Of a stretch of 64,000 nt of DNA, positions 19,848 through 29,814 are shown piece after piece. A program made the translations under genes and the position numbers. Source of the DNA: Longimicrobiales bacterium (lineage in GTDB: Bacteria > Gemmatimonadota > Gemmatimonadetes > Longimicrobiales > Gaopeijiaceae). The stretch covers positions 1,536,001 through 1,600,000 of the forward strand of contig OZ220732.1 in the NCBI GenBank assembly GCA_965116905.1, written 5' to 3'. How positions within the stretch are numbered: the stretch's first letter is position 1; each line of letters begins with the position of its first letter. The notes beneath the pieces were generated by a model that was given only the letters and a program-made list of their open reading frames with translations, was not told the DNA's origin and did no database searches.

Positions 19848-20573
19848 TCAAGCCTCACTTCGGATGGATGCGTTACCGTCGGCCCGCCGAAAGGTCCATC
19901 CTCCGTACAGCAGGCTCTGTTGGAATCGGCGCGGCTCAACCAGGCCGGCCTTGCGCGCCAGTTCGACAACCCGCGACGCCGGGGCAAAGTGTATCCCCTC
20001 GCGAATCCGCGCGTCGAAGCGGCGCTTCTCGTCCCCCGTCATTCCGCGGATGGTCCAGTAGCGCCGCCAGGCCGACAGGTAGCGCCCGTGCTCCTCCGGG
20101 TCGGCACCGCCGTGCAGGTCGAAGAGGACGAAGACGCCGCCGGGCTTCATCCGCTGTGCAATGTCGTCCAGCAGTGCCGCCTTGCTCCCGTCGTCGGGGA
20201 CGAAGTGAAGGACGTTGATCAGGGTGGCGGCGTCGTATAGCGGCGTGGCCGCGACATCCGCGGCGTACCCGAGCTGAAAGGTGACGCCGTCGGCCATCCC
20301 CGCCTCCGCAACGCGGCGCCGAGCGATCTCCAACATCTGCTCCGAGGGGTCGACTCCATGGACTTCGAGGTCGGGCCGCACCTGCTTCAATGTCACGAGT
20401 TCGATTCCCGTGCCGGCCCCGATCACCAGAACCCGCGCGCCCGGCGGAAGATCCGGCTCGACGAGCGCGGCGAACATGGGGAAGAAGGTCAGGTATCCGG
20501 GGATGACCTGCCGGGCCAGGGCCTCGTAGCTCTCCCCGTAATCGCCGTCGAAGTTGAAGGCTCCCTCGTCCAA
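19848..20573 (-). CDS. Class I SAM-dependent methyltransferase
   Basis: VLVIGAGTG motif I, GVDPSEQML, VLHF, MKPGG. Confidence 0.88.
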   Translation of the reverse strand: MDEGAFNFDGDYGESYEALARQVIPGYLTFFPMFAALVEPDLPPGARVLVIGAGTGIELVTLKQVRPDLEVHGVDPSEQMLEIARRRVAEAGMADGVTFQLGYAADVAATPLYDAATLINVLHFVPDDGSKAALLDDIAQRMKPGGVFVLFDLHGGADPEEHGRYLSAWRRYWTIRGMTGDEKRRFDARIREGIHFAPASRVVELARKAGLVEPRRFQQSLLYGGWTFRRADGNASIRSEA

Positions 20574-20687
20574 AGCGGGCTGCCCACCTATTCTGTAGGG
20601 ACTGACAGGTGCTCACGGCGTTGCGCTTCGGCAGTGCCGCGCCCACAGCGTCGCACCTCGGCAACGCCATCGGCCAGGATAAGACGA

Positions 20688-22070
20688 ATGCCCCTCGACC
20701 CGCTACCGCCGGCCGCACCCGGCGAGCCATTCGCGCGACGAGACTTCCTGAAAGCGTCGGCGGCCCTGGCGGCCACCTTCCCCGCGCTGCCGCCCACCCT
20801 CTCCGCCTCGCTTCGGCCCGCCGCGCCTGCCGCGCCGTCCGCACAGGCACCGCTCGTCGACGGCGACCGCCTCAACGCGATCCTCGACGTCTTCCGCCGC
20901 TACGGAGGCGGCGACGACGGCGGAACGACCCGCCTGGCCTACAGCGACGAAGACATCGCCGCCAGGGCCTACGCCGCCTCCGTCATGGAGAGCGCCGGCC
21001 TGCAAGTGTCGGTGGACATCGCCGGCAACCTCATCGGACGGCGCGACGGTGCCGACCCGGCCGCGCTCCCGATCGTCATCGGGTCCCACCTGGACACGGT
21101 GCCCGGGGGCGGCAGCTACGACGGCCACGTGGGCTGCGCGGCGGCGTTCGAGGTCGCGCTCACCCTGCATCACCACGGGGTCGCCCTGGGACATCCCCTC
21201 GAAGTCGTCGTCTTCCAGAACGAAGAGGGGGGCAAGACCGGCAGCCGCGCGCTCGTCGGGCGGGTCGAGCCGTTCGAATTCGACGCCGTCACGGCCTCCG
21301 GCCTCACCATACGGGACGGCATCAACCGGCTCGGCGGCGACGCCGCGCGGCTCGACGAGGCGCAGCGCGAACCCGGTTCCATGGCGGGGTTCCTCGAGCT
21401 GCACATCGAGCAGGGCGCGGTCCTCGAAACAGCCGGCACCCAGATCGGCATCGTCGAGGGGATCGTCGGCATCCGTCGCTGGAACATGACGGTGCTCGGC
21501 GCCCAGAACCACGCGGGCACGACACCCATGCCCCAGCGCCGGGACGCGCTCGTCGCCACCGCCGACATGATCCGCGCCGTCCACGAGGTCGCGACCACCA
21601 TGGACGGGAGGCAGGTGGCCACGGTCGGCAGGATCGAGGCCGTGCCGGGCGCGCCCAACGTCGTGCCGGGCGAGGTGCGGGCCACGCTTGAGATCCGGGA
21701 CCTCGAAATGGACAAAATCGGACAGATTTTCGCCGAAATTGTCGCATCCGCCCGCGAAATCGAGTCCGCCCGCGACGTCACCATCGAATTCGAGCGATTC
21801 TACGAGAGCCTCGCCGCGCCCACCGCCCCCGCCTTCCGCGACATCCTTGAGCGGGCCGCAACCGATCTCGGCTATTCGACCATGCGCATGCCGTCAGGAG
21901 CCGGGCACGACGCCCAGAGCATGGCCGAACTGGGTCCCGTCGGCATGATCTTCGTCCCCAGCCGCGACGGCATCAGCCACGCGCCGGAAGAATACACCGC
22001 GCCCGAGGACATCACCCGCGGGGCCAACGTGCTGCTGCACGGGGTGCTGGCGCTGAACGCGGAGATTTGA
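20688..22070 (+). CDS. M20 Zn-dependent amidohydrolase (N-carbamoyl-L-amino acid/allantoate hydrolase family) with Tat signal
   Basis: RRDFLK twin-arginine motif; GSHLDTV, GGSYDG, NEEG, ELHIEQG, NHAGTTPM, SGAGHDA, SHAPEE. Confidence 0.88.
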   Translation: MPLDPLPPAAPGEPFARRDFLKASAALAATFPALPPTLSASLRPAAPAAPSAQAPLVDGDRLNAILDVFRRYGGGDDGGTTRLAYSDEDIAARAYAASVMESAGLQVSVDIAGNLIGRRDGADPAALPIVIGSHLDTVPGGGSYDGHVGCAAAFEVALTLHHHGVALGHPLEVVVFQNEEGGKTGSRALVGRVEPFEFDAVTASGLTIRDGINRLGGDAARLDEAQREPGSMAGFLELHIEQGAVLETAGTQIGIVEGIVGIRRWNMTVLGAQNHAGTTPMPQRRDALVATADMIRAVHEVATTMDGRQVATVGRIEAVPGAPNVVPGEVRATLEIRDLEMDKIGQIFAEIVASAREIESARDVTIEFERFYESLAAPTAPAFRDILERAATDLGYSTMRMPSGAGHDAQSMAELGPVGMIFVPSRDGISHAPEEYTAPEDITRGANVLLHGVLALNAEI

Positions 22071-22128
22071 GCGGGCGCCGGCCAGGCCAGCTGGCGGGGC
22101 ACCCCCATGGCCGGTTGGGACACCCCCC

Positions 22129-23061
22129 CTACAAGTACGTCAGCCACCCCCACGGATCCGGCGCCTCGCCGTTCGCCAGCTCCAGGTAGCGCGCCTGAAT
22201 CCGCTCGGTCACCGGCCCCCGGCGTCCGGTCCCCACCTCCAGCCCGTCCACCGACCGGATCGGGGTCACCTCCGACGCGGTCCCCGTAAAGAACAGCTCG
22301 TCGGCCGCGTACAGCATCTCCCGCGGCACCAGCTGCTCGCGGACCGTGTAGCCCAGCTCCTCCGAGATCTTCAGCACCGAATGCCGCGTGATCCCCGACA
22401 GCGAAGTCCCGTCCAGGATCGGTGTGACGACCTCGCCGTCGACGACCATGAACAGGTTCTGCCCGCTGCCCTCGCTCACCAGCCCGCTGGGCCCCAGGCC
22501 GATCGCCTCCGCGTAGCCGTGCGACGACGCCTCCATCACCATCAGCGTCGACACCAGGTAGTTGCCCGCCGACTTCGCCCCGCTCGGGACGGTGTTCGGC
22601 GCCGGCCGGTTCCACGACGACACGCACACGTCGACCCCCTTGGCCAGCCCCTCCTCGCCCAGATACGCGCCCCACGGCCACACCGGGATATAGGTCTCGA
22701 TCGGGCTGAGGTCGGGGCGCATGCTCGACGCCCCGTAGCCGCGCAACACCATCGGCCGGATGTAGCACGACTTCAGGTCGTTCTTGCGGATCGTCGCGCT
22801 CACGGCGTCGGCCAGCTCGTCGATCGTGTGGTCCGGCTGCATCCGGTACGTCCGGCTCGACGACATCAGCCGCTTCAGGTGCGCGTCCAGCCGAAAGACC
22901 GCCGGCCCCTTCGCCGTCTCGTAGCAGCGCACGCCTTCGAAGACCGACGCCGCGAACTGCACCGCCAGGCTCAGCACATGGACCTGAGCGTCCTCCCAGC
23001 GGACGAACTCCCCGTCCTTCCAGATCCACGGGCTCCCGACGAGCCTGCCCGCCGAGCCCAC
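22129..23061 (-). CDS. ilvE: Branched-chain amino acid aminotransferase (PLP fold IV)
   Basis: GTG after GGAGGA; VFEGVRCY, YIRP, KSAGNY, SEGSGQNLF, LSGITR, FFTGTASEVTPI. Confidence 0.9.
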   Translation of the reverse strand: MGSAGRLVGSPWIWKDGEFVRWEDAQVHVLSLAVQFAASVFEGVRCYETAKGPAVFRLDAHLKRLMSSSRTYRMQPDHTIDELADAVSATIRKNDLKSCYIRPMVLRGYGASSMRPDLSPIETYIPVWPWGAYLGEEGLAKGVDVCVSSWNRPAPNTVPSGAKSAGNYLVSTLMVMEASSHGYAEAIGLGPSGLVSEGSGQNLFMVVDGEVVTPILDGTSLSGITRHSVLKISEELGYTVREQLVPREMLYAADELFFTGTASEVTPIRSVDGLEVGTGRRGPVTERIQARYLELANGEAPDPWGWLTYL

Positions 23062-23453
23062 TATTCCTCCCCGCCGGAGCCGGCGCTCCGCAGGTACGAG
23101 TCCGTTCCGTCCAGCCAGTCCTGCCGCGGCGGCGTGAACACGTCCACGTCGATCGTGTCCTCCAGCGCCACGGCCTCGTGCGGCACGTTGCTGGGCAGGT
23201 GCAGCACCTCGCCCGAGCGCACCACCAGGTCCTGCGGCCCGTCGTCCCCGATCCGGAACTTGAGCGCGCCCTCCAGCACGTAGGTGATCTGCTCGTTGTC
23301 GTGCGAGTGCATCGGCACAAGCGCACCCTTTTTGAGATAGACGTGCGCCAGCATCGCCCGCTCGCCGGTGATCAGACTCCGCGAAATGAGCGGGTTGAGT
23401 TCCTCGACGGGTTGCTCGGCCACGCGATAGTGGGTGACGGCTGCATCGCTCAT
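23061..23453 (-). CDS. Cupin domain protein
   Basis: PMHSHDNEQITYVLEG and LPSNVPHEA cupin motifs; DVFTPPRQDW. Confidence 0.88.
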   Translation of the reverse strand: MSDAAVTHYRVAEQPVEELNPLISRSLITGERAMLAHVYLKKGALVPMHSHDNEQITYVLEGALKFRIGDDGPQDLVVRSGEVLHLPSNVPHEAVALEDTIDVDVFTPPRQDWLDGTDSYLRSAGSGGEE

Positions 23454-23663
23454 GGGGTTTCCGTAGGGAATGAGGGCGGTGTGGCCGGGCGCGGAGCGAA
23501 ACCGGCGCCCGGAAGGCTTCCCAATCTGTACCGGCCGCGGAGGATTGGAAAGATCGCCGCGCGGCCACCGCCCCGGGCACCTGGCCACCTCCCGGCGCGC
23601 CTGCCCTCCCGAGCCTGGCCGCCTCTCGGCGCGCCGCGGAACGCCGCGGTGTATTATCCACTC

Positions 23664-25394
23664 ATGAGCCGACCGCTGCCCGTCCTTCTCCCCATCCTGC
23701 TCCTCCCCATCCTCCTCTGCCCGGTCCGCGCGGAGGCGCAGCCCGTACTGGGCATCGTCGTCGAGGAAGGCACGGGCCGGCCCGTTATGGGGGCGATGGT
23801 CATGCTTTTCGACGAGGGCGGCGACCGGGTCGACCGCATGCTGACCAACGTCGCGGGCAGGTTCGCGCTGGACGCCCGCGCTCCAGGGCCCCACTACCTC
23901 ACGGTCGAGAGGATCGGCTACGCCACGCTGACCACCGATCGCTTCGCCGCGGGCCCCGACGACCTCTACCTCACCATCGACGTCCCGATCGAGCCGGTCG
24001 CGCTCACCGGCCTGGATGTCGAGAGCGGGCGCCGCTGCGAGGTGAGGCCCGAAGAGGGACGGGTGACGGCCCGCGTCTGGGACGAGGTGCGCAAGGCCCT
24101 GACGGCCGAGGCGTGGACGCGCGAGGCCGCCCTGTACCGCTACACGCTGGAGCGCTTCTCGCGGGCCCTGGACCGGGAGGGCGACAACGTGCTCGCGGAC
24201 ACGACGCGAATCACCACGAACCGGGAAGCGGCCTTCGTGTCGGCACCGATCGAACGGCTCGCCGCCGAGGGGTTCGTGCAGGCGGAGGGCGATTCCGCCA
24301 CCACCTACTACGCACCCGACGCGGGGGCACTGATCTCCGATGTGTTCCTGGACACGCACTGCATGAGGGTGCGGGAAGGCGACGACGGCCGCCTCGGGCT
24401 CACCTTCGAGCCGATCCCCGAACGCCGGGTTCCGGACATCGCCGGCGTCCTCTGGGTGGACGCGGCGACCGGCGAGCTGGACAGGCTGGAGTACGGCTAC
24501 CGGAACCTGATCCGCTCAAGCGAGATCGGCGATCCGGGTGGCGAGGTCTCGTTCTCCCGCCTTCCGAACGGTGCCTGGATCGTCGGTGACTGGAGGATCA
24601 GGATGCCGCGCCTGGAGTCGGTTCTCGGCATCATCCGCCGCTACGGTTACCACGACGAGGGGGGCGTCACCCGGGCCGTCACCGACAACCGCGGCCGCAC
24701 CGTGCTCGACGCCGAGGCCGGCACCATCTTCGGCGTGGTCACCGACTCATTGGGGACGGGGCCGCCGGGCGAGGCGGTGTTCGTCGACATCCCCGGCACC
24801 GCCGCCGGCATGATCCCCGACGACGACGGCTCCTTCCTGTTCAGCGGCCTGGACGCCGGGCGCCACGTCGTGCGGCTGCAGCGTCCGCTTCTCTCGTCAT
24901 GGGGCCTGGCGGCGGCCGAGGCCGCGGTCGACGCCGAAATCGGCGAGGTCGCGTACGTCCGGGTCCGCGCGCCGTCGGTCGCCGATGCTCTGGCGTCTTC
25001 ATGCGGGGGTGCGCCGAGTCCCCCCGGTACCGCCGCGCTCCTCGGCCGGGTCACCACACCGGAAGACGTGCCGGCGGGTCAGACGCGGGTCACCGTGCGC
25101 TGGCCGGCGGCGACGGGCTACAGCCCGACCGGCCCCGCGACCCCCCACGACCCTTCCGGCGAGCCGGGACCGGCCTGGGAGACCGGCCGCGACGGCCACT
25201 TCGCCACAGCCACCACCACCACGGACGCGAGGGGCCTCTTCCTGCTCTGCGACGTGCCGCCGGGTCTGCGCCTGGCGGCCACCGTCGGCCGCCCCGGCGC
25301 GGAACCGACCGTGCCCACCACGATCTTCGTCGAGCCGGGTGTCCCGGCGGTGGTGAAGCGGATCGTTATGTCAACTTTGGATTACATGATGTAA
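23664..25394 (+). CDS. Secreted carboxypeptidase-regulatory-like domain protein
   Basis: Signal peptide; repeated 'GxVxxxxxGxPV.GAxV...TxxxGxF' units; TATTAT 6 nt before the ATG suggests a leaderless transcript. Confidence 0.75.
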   Translation: MSRPLPVLLPILLLPILLCPVRAEAQPVLGIVVEEGTGRPVMGAMVMLFDEGGDRVDRMLTNVAGRFALDARAPGPHYLTVERIGYATLTTDRFAAGPDDLYLTIDVPIEPVALTGLDVESGRRCEVRPEEGRVTARVWDEVRKALTAEAWTREAALYRYTLERFSRALDREGDNVLADTTRITTNREAAFVSAPIERLAAEGFVQAEGDSATTYYAPDAGALISDVFLDTHCMRVREGDDGRLGLTFEPIPERRVPDIAGVLWVDAATGELDRLEYGYRNLIRSSEIGDPGGEVSFSRLPNGAWIVGDWRIRMPRLESVLGIIRRYGYHDEGGVTRAVTDNRGRTVLDAEAGTIFGVVTDSLGTGPPGEAVFVDIPGTAAGMIPDDDGSFLFSGLDAGRHVVRLQRPLLSSWGLAAAEAAVDAEIGEVAYVRVRAPSVADALASSCGGAPSPPGTAALLGRVTTPEDVPAGQTRVTVRWPAATGYSPTGPATPHDPSGEPGPAWETGRDGHFATATTTTDARGLFLLCDVPPGLRLAATVGRPGAEPTVPTTIFVEPGVPAVVKRIVMSTLDYMM

Positions 25395-25994
25395 ACTGGA
25401 GTTGACAACCATCCACAGCCCGACGGCCACGCAAAAGAACGAGGCCACCCAGGACCAGTAGCCGATCAGCAGATACGATACCGGGTCCCCTTCGCCCACC
25501 ATCCAGATCGGCCAGTAGACCAGATTCAGCACGCCCGCGCCCCCGACCAGCCATCGGAGCCGACGACCTTGGCCGGATCGCGAAGTGCGCAGAGCCAGCA
25601 AGCTGGCCAGCATGAGGAGGTTGGTCAGGGCGCTCAGCTTGCCGAGCCAATCACCCAATACGAGGGCGTTCAGGAAAGCCTCCGCACCGATATCAGTGGA
25701 TAGGGCGTCAGTATCACTTGGATCCGGCAGGGTCGCTGCCAGGTGGCCGTTCTCGACATACGCCGGCAACACGAACGACACGGCAAAAAGGGCCCATCCC
25801 GCGTAGACCAGCCGCCACCATGTCGGCTTTCCAGCCTTCGAGGACTCCTTCGACAGTTCCGTCAGTGCTTCCATCTTTTGACTCCGAGTCATTTCCAGTG
25901 CGGAGATGAGCCTGAACGTATTGGGCCCTCCACCTTCGCGCGATGCCAGCGCCTCCGGCGCCAGTTCGGTACGCGGGTGCGGAGTCGTACCCAT
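25371..25994 (-). CDS. Hypothetical membrane protein (about 4 TM; start uncertain)
   Basis: Four hydrophobic segments; C-terminal LIGYWSWVASF. Confidence 0.55.
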   Translation of the reverse strand: MGTTPHPRTELAPEALASREGGGPNTFRLISALEMTRSQKMEALTELSKESSKAGKPTWWRLVYAGWALFAVSFVLPAYVENGHLAATLPDPSDTDALSTDIGAEAFLNALVLGDWLGKLSALTNLLMLASLLALRTSRSGQGRRLRWLVGGAGVLNLVYWPIWMVGEGDPVSYLLIGYWSWVASFFCVAVGLWMVVNSSLHHVIQS

Positions 25995-26015
25995 TCCGGA
26001 CAGTTCGTAGAATGA

Positions 26016-26056
26016 GTTAGGTATTGACCTAACATTAGTATCGTCGCTAAATTTAG
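26016..26056 (+). promoter_or_regulatory. Sigma70-like promoter with operator palindromes upstream of the AAA ATPase
   Basis: TTGACC (26024-26029)-N18-TAAATT (26048-26053); GTTAGGT-ATTG-ACCTAAC covers the -35 and CTAAATTTAG covers the -10. Confidence 0.5.
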
Positions 26057-26096
26057 ATTATACCCTAACAACATCTAACGATAAGGCGGGTGCTCC

Positions 26097-27350
26097 ATGG
26101 ACGCTGCAACTGTGTTTCGAAACCCCTTCCGTCCCGGAGCTGGCCACACGCCCCCGTATCTCGCCGGAAGAAGGGAGGAGCGCAGCGAGTTTCTCAAGCT
26201 CCTGAACCAGGATATCGTCCATTCCAACCTCGTGCTCACCGGGCTCCGCGGTGTCGGCAAGACGGTCCTTCTTGACACCTTCAAGCCGTTGGCGGTGCGG
26301 GAAGGCTGGCTGTGGGTGGGCACGGGTCTTTCGGAGAGCACGACCGTCGACGAGGGACGCCTGGCCACACGGATACTGACCGATGTGGCCCTGGCGACGT
26401 CAGGCTTCGTCTACGACAGGCAGGAGATTCGTCGTCCCGGTTTCGGTCGCCAGCCAGAGCCACTCGATGCCACCCTCAACTATCCAACTCTTCGCGCCGT
26501 GTACGAGCAGACGGGAGGCCTGGTCGCTGATCGACTGAAGGCCACGCTGACCGTCGTCTGGCAGGCTCTACGCGCATCGCCGCATCCACCCCGAGGCATC
26601 GTCTTCGCCTACGACGAGGCCCAGAACATGGCGGACCATGCCGGGAAGGACGAATACCCGCTCTCGGTAATGCTCGATGTGTTCCAGTCGATCCAGAGAC
26701 AGGGTGCCCCATTTCTCCTGGCCCTGACCGGTCTGCCCACCCTCTTCCCCAAGCTGGTCGAGGCCAGGACCTACTCGGAACGAATGTTCCGCGTGCTTTT
26801 CCTCAATCGCCTGGATCCCCCGGACGTTCGAGAGGCGATCGTGAAGCCGATCCAGGAAGATGGCTGCCCGATCAGCTTCACCGAAGAGTCCATCCGCCAG
26901 ATTGAGAAGCATTCGGGCGGATACCCATACTTCATCCAGTTCATCTGCCATGAGGCCTTCGACGTTTTCGTGTCGCAGGTCACCACCGGATCGACAAGCC
27001 CAGGCGTCCCGATCGAGGAGATCACGGCAAAGCTGGACAGCGATTTCTTTGCTGGCCGATGGTCGAGGGTGACGGACCGGCAGCGCGATCTCCTGTATGT
27101 CGTTTCGAGGCTGGACGACCCTGAATCCGAGTTCACCGTCCAGGAGATCGTGGAGCTTGCCAGGGAACTGCCCGTGAAGGGATTCAGCTCCAGTCATGCG
27201 AGCCAGATCCTTGCGGCGCTCATCAAATCGGGCATCGTCTTCAGGAACCGGCACGGCAAGTACTCCTTCGCAGTGCCTCTTCTCGGGGACTTCATCCGGC
27301 GGCAGTACCCGGCCGAAGAGCCCGAACTCTTCGACGAGGCAAGTCGGTGA
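26097..27350 (+). CDS. AAA (AAA_16/archaeal-ATPase-like) P-loop protein with C-terminal winged helix
   Basis: NPFRPGAG..PPYLAGR, GLRGVGKT, YDEAQ, TYSERMF, GGYPYFIQ; C-terminal HTH-like segment. Confidence 0.85.
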   Translation: MDAATVFRNPFRPGAGHTPPYLAGRREERSEFLKLLNQDIVHSNLVLTGLRGVGKTVLLDTFKPLAVREGWLWVGTGLSESTTVDEGRLATRILTDVALATSGFVYDRQEIRRPGFGRQPEPLDATLNYPTLRAVYEQTGGLVADRLKATLTVVWQALRASPHPPRGIVFAYDEAQNMADHAGKDEYPLSVMLDVFQSIQRQGAPFLLALTGLPTLFPKLVEARTYSERMFRVLFLNRLDPPDVREAIVKPIQEDGCPISFTEESIRQIEKHSGGYPYFIQFICHEAFDVFVSQVTTGSTSPGVPIEEITAKLDSDFFAGRWSRVTDRQRDLLYVVSRLDDPESEFTVQEIVELARELPVKGFSSSHASQILAALIKSGIVFRNRHGKYSFAVPLLGDFIRRQYPAEEPELFDEASR

Positions 27351-27418
27351 TGGAGTACGCACAACGGCGGCCTTCGACAGCCTTGCTCCCCCTCTTCCGG
27401 CGCGATTAACGTGGCTCC

Positions 27419-28210
27419 ATGAATCGAATCCGAGGACAGACCGCGGTCATCACGGGCGCCACCGCGGGCATCGGCGAGGCGTGCGCCCGGACCCTGGGCG
27501 AAGCGGGTGTCGACGTGGTGCTGATCGGCCGGCGGGCGGACCGGCTGGAGGTGTTGGCCGCCGACATTGCCGCCGACAACGGAACGCGGGCCTTCCCCTA
27601 TACCCTGGACGTGCGCGATCGCGTGGGCGTCAGCGACTTCATCGCCTGGCTGGATCACGAAGGACTCGACGTCGACATCCTCGTCAACAACGCCGGGCTG
27701 GCCCGAGGGCTCGACCCCGTGCACGACGGCGATCACGACGACTGGGACGACATGATCGACACCAACATCAAGGGCCTGCTCAACATGACGCGCGGCATCC
27801 TTCCCGGGATGGTCGCGCGCGACTCGGGGCACGTGGTCAACATCGGCAGCATCGCCGGCCACTGGGTCTACCCGAACGGCGGCGTCTACTGCGCCACCAA
27901 GTACGCCGTGCGGGCGCTGACCGAGGGCGCGAACGTGGACCTCGTCGGCACGAAGGTGCGCATGTCGAGCGTCGATCCCGGCCTGGCCGAGACCGAGTTC
28001 TCGGTGGTGCGTTTCCGGGGTGACGAGGACCGCGCCCGCAACGTGTACGAAGGCACTCAGCCGCTGGTGGCCGAGGACATCGCCGATGCGGTCCACTACG
28101 TGGTGAACACGGCGCGGCACGTGAACGTCCTGCACCTGGTGATGATGCCGACGGTGCAGAGATCGCCGTACGTGTTGGCCCGCGAGCCGGCCGGCGGCAG
28201 CGAGGACTGA
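27419..28210 (+). CDS. SDR oxidoreductase (YdfG-like NADP-dependent 3-hydroxyacid dehydrogenase)
   Basis: TGATAGIG, NNAGLARG, GSIAG, YCATK, ETEFSVVRFRGD. Confidence 0.9.
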   Translation: MNRIRGQTAVITGATAGIGEACARTLGEAGVDVVLIGRRADRLEVLAADIAADNGTRAFPYTLDVRDRVGVSDFIAWLDHEGLDVDILVNNAGLARGLDPVHDGDHDDWDDMIDTNIKGLLNMTRGILPGMVARDSGHVVNIGSIAGHWVYPNGGVYCATKYAVRALTEGANVDLVGTKVRMSSVDPGLAETEFSVVRFRGDEDRARNVYEGTQPLVAEDIADAVHYVVNTARHVNVLHLVMMPTVQRSPYVLAREPAGGSED

Positions 28211-28216
28211 GGGCCG

Positions 28217-29131
28217 ATGGCGATGATACCGGCAGTAGTGGGCTTTGTGCTTGCAAGCACGGTAGGGTTCGCCCCTCCGCCCTGGGGATTCGTGGGCCAT
28301 GAAATGGCTGCGGGGGTCGCGGTGGCCGCGCTGCCGGACGACATGCCCGCCTTCTTCCGCGACGCGGGGCCGCAGCTGGTGCACCTCAACCCGGAGCCGG
28401 ACCGCTGGCGGGTGTGGGAGCAGCGCGAGATGGACCAGGCCTTTTCCTACGATCATTACGTCGACCTGGAGAACCTCCCCGACGGGGCCCTCGATGCCCC
28501 CGACCGATTCGAGTACCTCGCCATGCTCTACGACGCGGAACTGGCGAAGCCCGAGCGCGACGGGGGGTTTCTGCACTTCCGGATCGTCGAGCTCTACCAG
28601 CGGCTGGTCTCCGGCTGGCGCCGGTGGAGGGCCGAGGAAAGCGCGGAGCGGCGTGAGTGGATCGAAGAGCGCATCGTGAACGACGCGGGCATTCTCGGGC
28701 ACTACGTCACGGACGCATCGCAGCCGCACCACACCACCATCCACTTCAACGGATGGGACCTCGAGACGCCCAACCCGGAGGGGTACACGCGGGACAATCA
28801 GTTCCACGCGCGCTTCGAGCGCTTTTTCGTGGAGGCGCACGTGACCCGCGGCGATGTTGCGGCGCACGCGAGCGACGGGCCGCCGCGCTCGGTGGCGGGG
28901 TCGGCGCGGGAGGCCGTGCTGGCCCACATCCAGGAGTCGCATGCGGAGGTGGAGACGCTGTACCGGCTGGACCGGGACGTGGGCTTCGATCCCGAGCAGC
29001 CGGCCGACCCGGCCGCGAAGGACTTCGCCGCCGTGCGACTCGCGGCCGGAGCGGACATGCTGGCCGCGCTCTGGTGGTCCGCCTGGCTGGAGAGCGCGTC
29101 ACCGGTCGAACGGGGCGGGGAGGACCGATGA
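28217..29131 (+). CDS. S1/P1 nuclease / zinc phospholipase C-like protein
   Basis: Signal peptide then WGFVGH; HYVD, LGHYVTDASQPHH, FHARFE zinc-ligand pattern. Confidence 0.7.
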   Translation: MAMIPAVVGFVLASTVGFAPPPWGFVGHEMAAGVAVAALPDDMPAFFRDAGPQLVHLNPEPDRWRVWEQREMDQAFSYDHYVDLENLPDGALDAPDRFEYLAMLYDAELAKPERDGGFLHFRIVELYQRLVSGWRRWRAEESAERREWIEERIVNDAGILGHYVTDASQPHHTTIHFNGWDLETPNPEGYTRDNQFHARFERFFVEAHVTRGDVAAHASDGPPRSVAGSAREAVLAHIQESHAEVETLYRLDRDVGFDPEQPADPAAKDFAAVRLAAGADMLAALWWSAWLESASPVERGGEDR

Positions 29132-29814
29132 GCGGCGGGGCGGCGCGGCGCGTCGCCGGCATCGTACTCGCGGCGGGCTCCTCCACGCGCATGGGGCGCA
29201 ACAAGCTGCTCCTGGAGCTGGACGGCGAGGCCGTGGTGCGCCGCGCGGCCCGCACGGCGAGCGCCGCCGGACTGGATCCGGTCGTCGTCGTCACGGGGCA
29301 CGAGCACGATGCCGTGACGGCCCGATTACACGATTTGAGCGTTTCAGTTGTTAACAATACAGAGCATGCGAAGGGAACCCACACGTCGGTCGCGGCGGGG
29401 GTATCCGCGCTCAGCCCATCCACGGCTGGCGACGACTGTGCGGCCGCGGTCGTGATCCTGGCCGACATGCCCTTCGTCACCCCCGCGATGCTGCGCGAGG
29501 TCGTCGGCCGCTACAGGGTCGCCGGCCAGGACCGCTCGGGCCCGCCCCTGGTGGTGTCGCGCTACGGCGGCGACGTGACCGCCCCGCCGATCCTGTACGA
29601 CCGCGCCCTGTTCGGCGAACTCGCGACCATGGACTCGCGCTGTGGGCGTGCGGTCGTGCGGCGCCACCTGAACGAGGCTGTCCTGGTCGACTGGCCGGCC
29701 GAAGCGGCTCGGGACCTCGACCGCCCGGCGGACTATGAGCGGGCGCGGGAGGAGCTGGAGGGGGCTCGCGAGGGCGTGGGCCGCACGCTCGAGGGGGCGG
29801 GCGCCCGTGAATAG
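29128..29814 (+). CDS. mocA: Molybdenum cofactor cytidylyltransferase (MocA-like)
   Basis: LAAGSSTRMGRNKLL, LADMP, DLDRPADY; located in the CODH accessory cluster. Confidence 0.8.
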   Translation: MSGGAARRVAGIVLAAGSSTRMGRNKLLLELDGEAVVRRAARTASAAGLDPVVVVTGHEHDAVTARLHDLSVSVVNNTEHAKGTHTSVAAGVSALSPSTAGDDCAAAVVILADMPFVTPAMLREVVGRYRVAGQDRSGPPLVVSRYGGDVTAPPILYDRALFGELATMDSRCGRAVVRRHLNEAVLVDWPAEAARDLDRPADYERAREELEGAREGVGRTLEGAGARE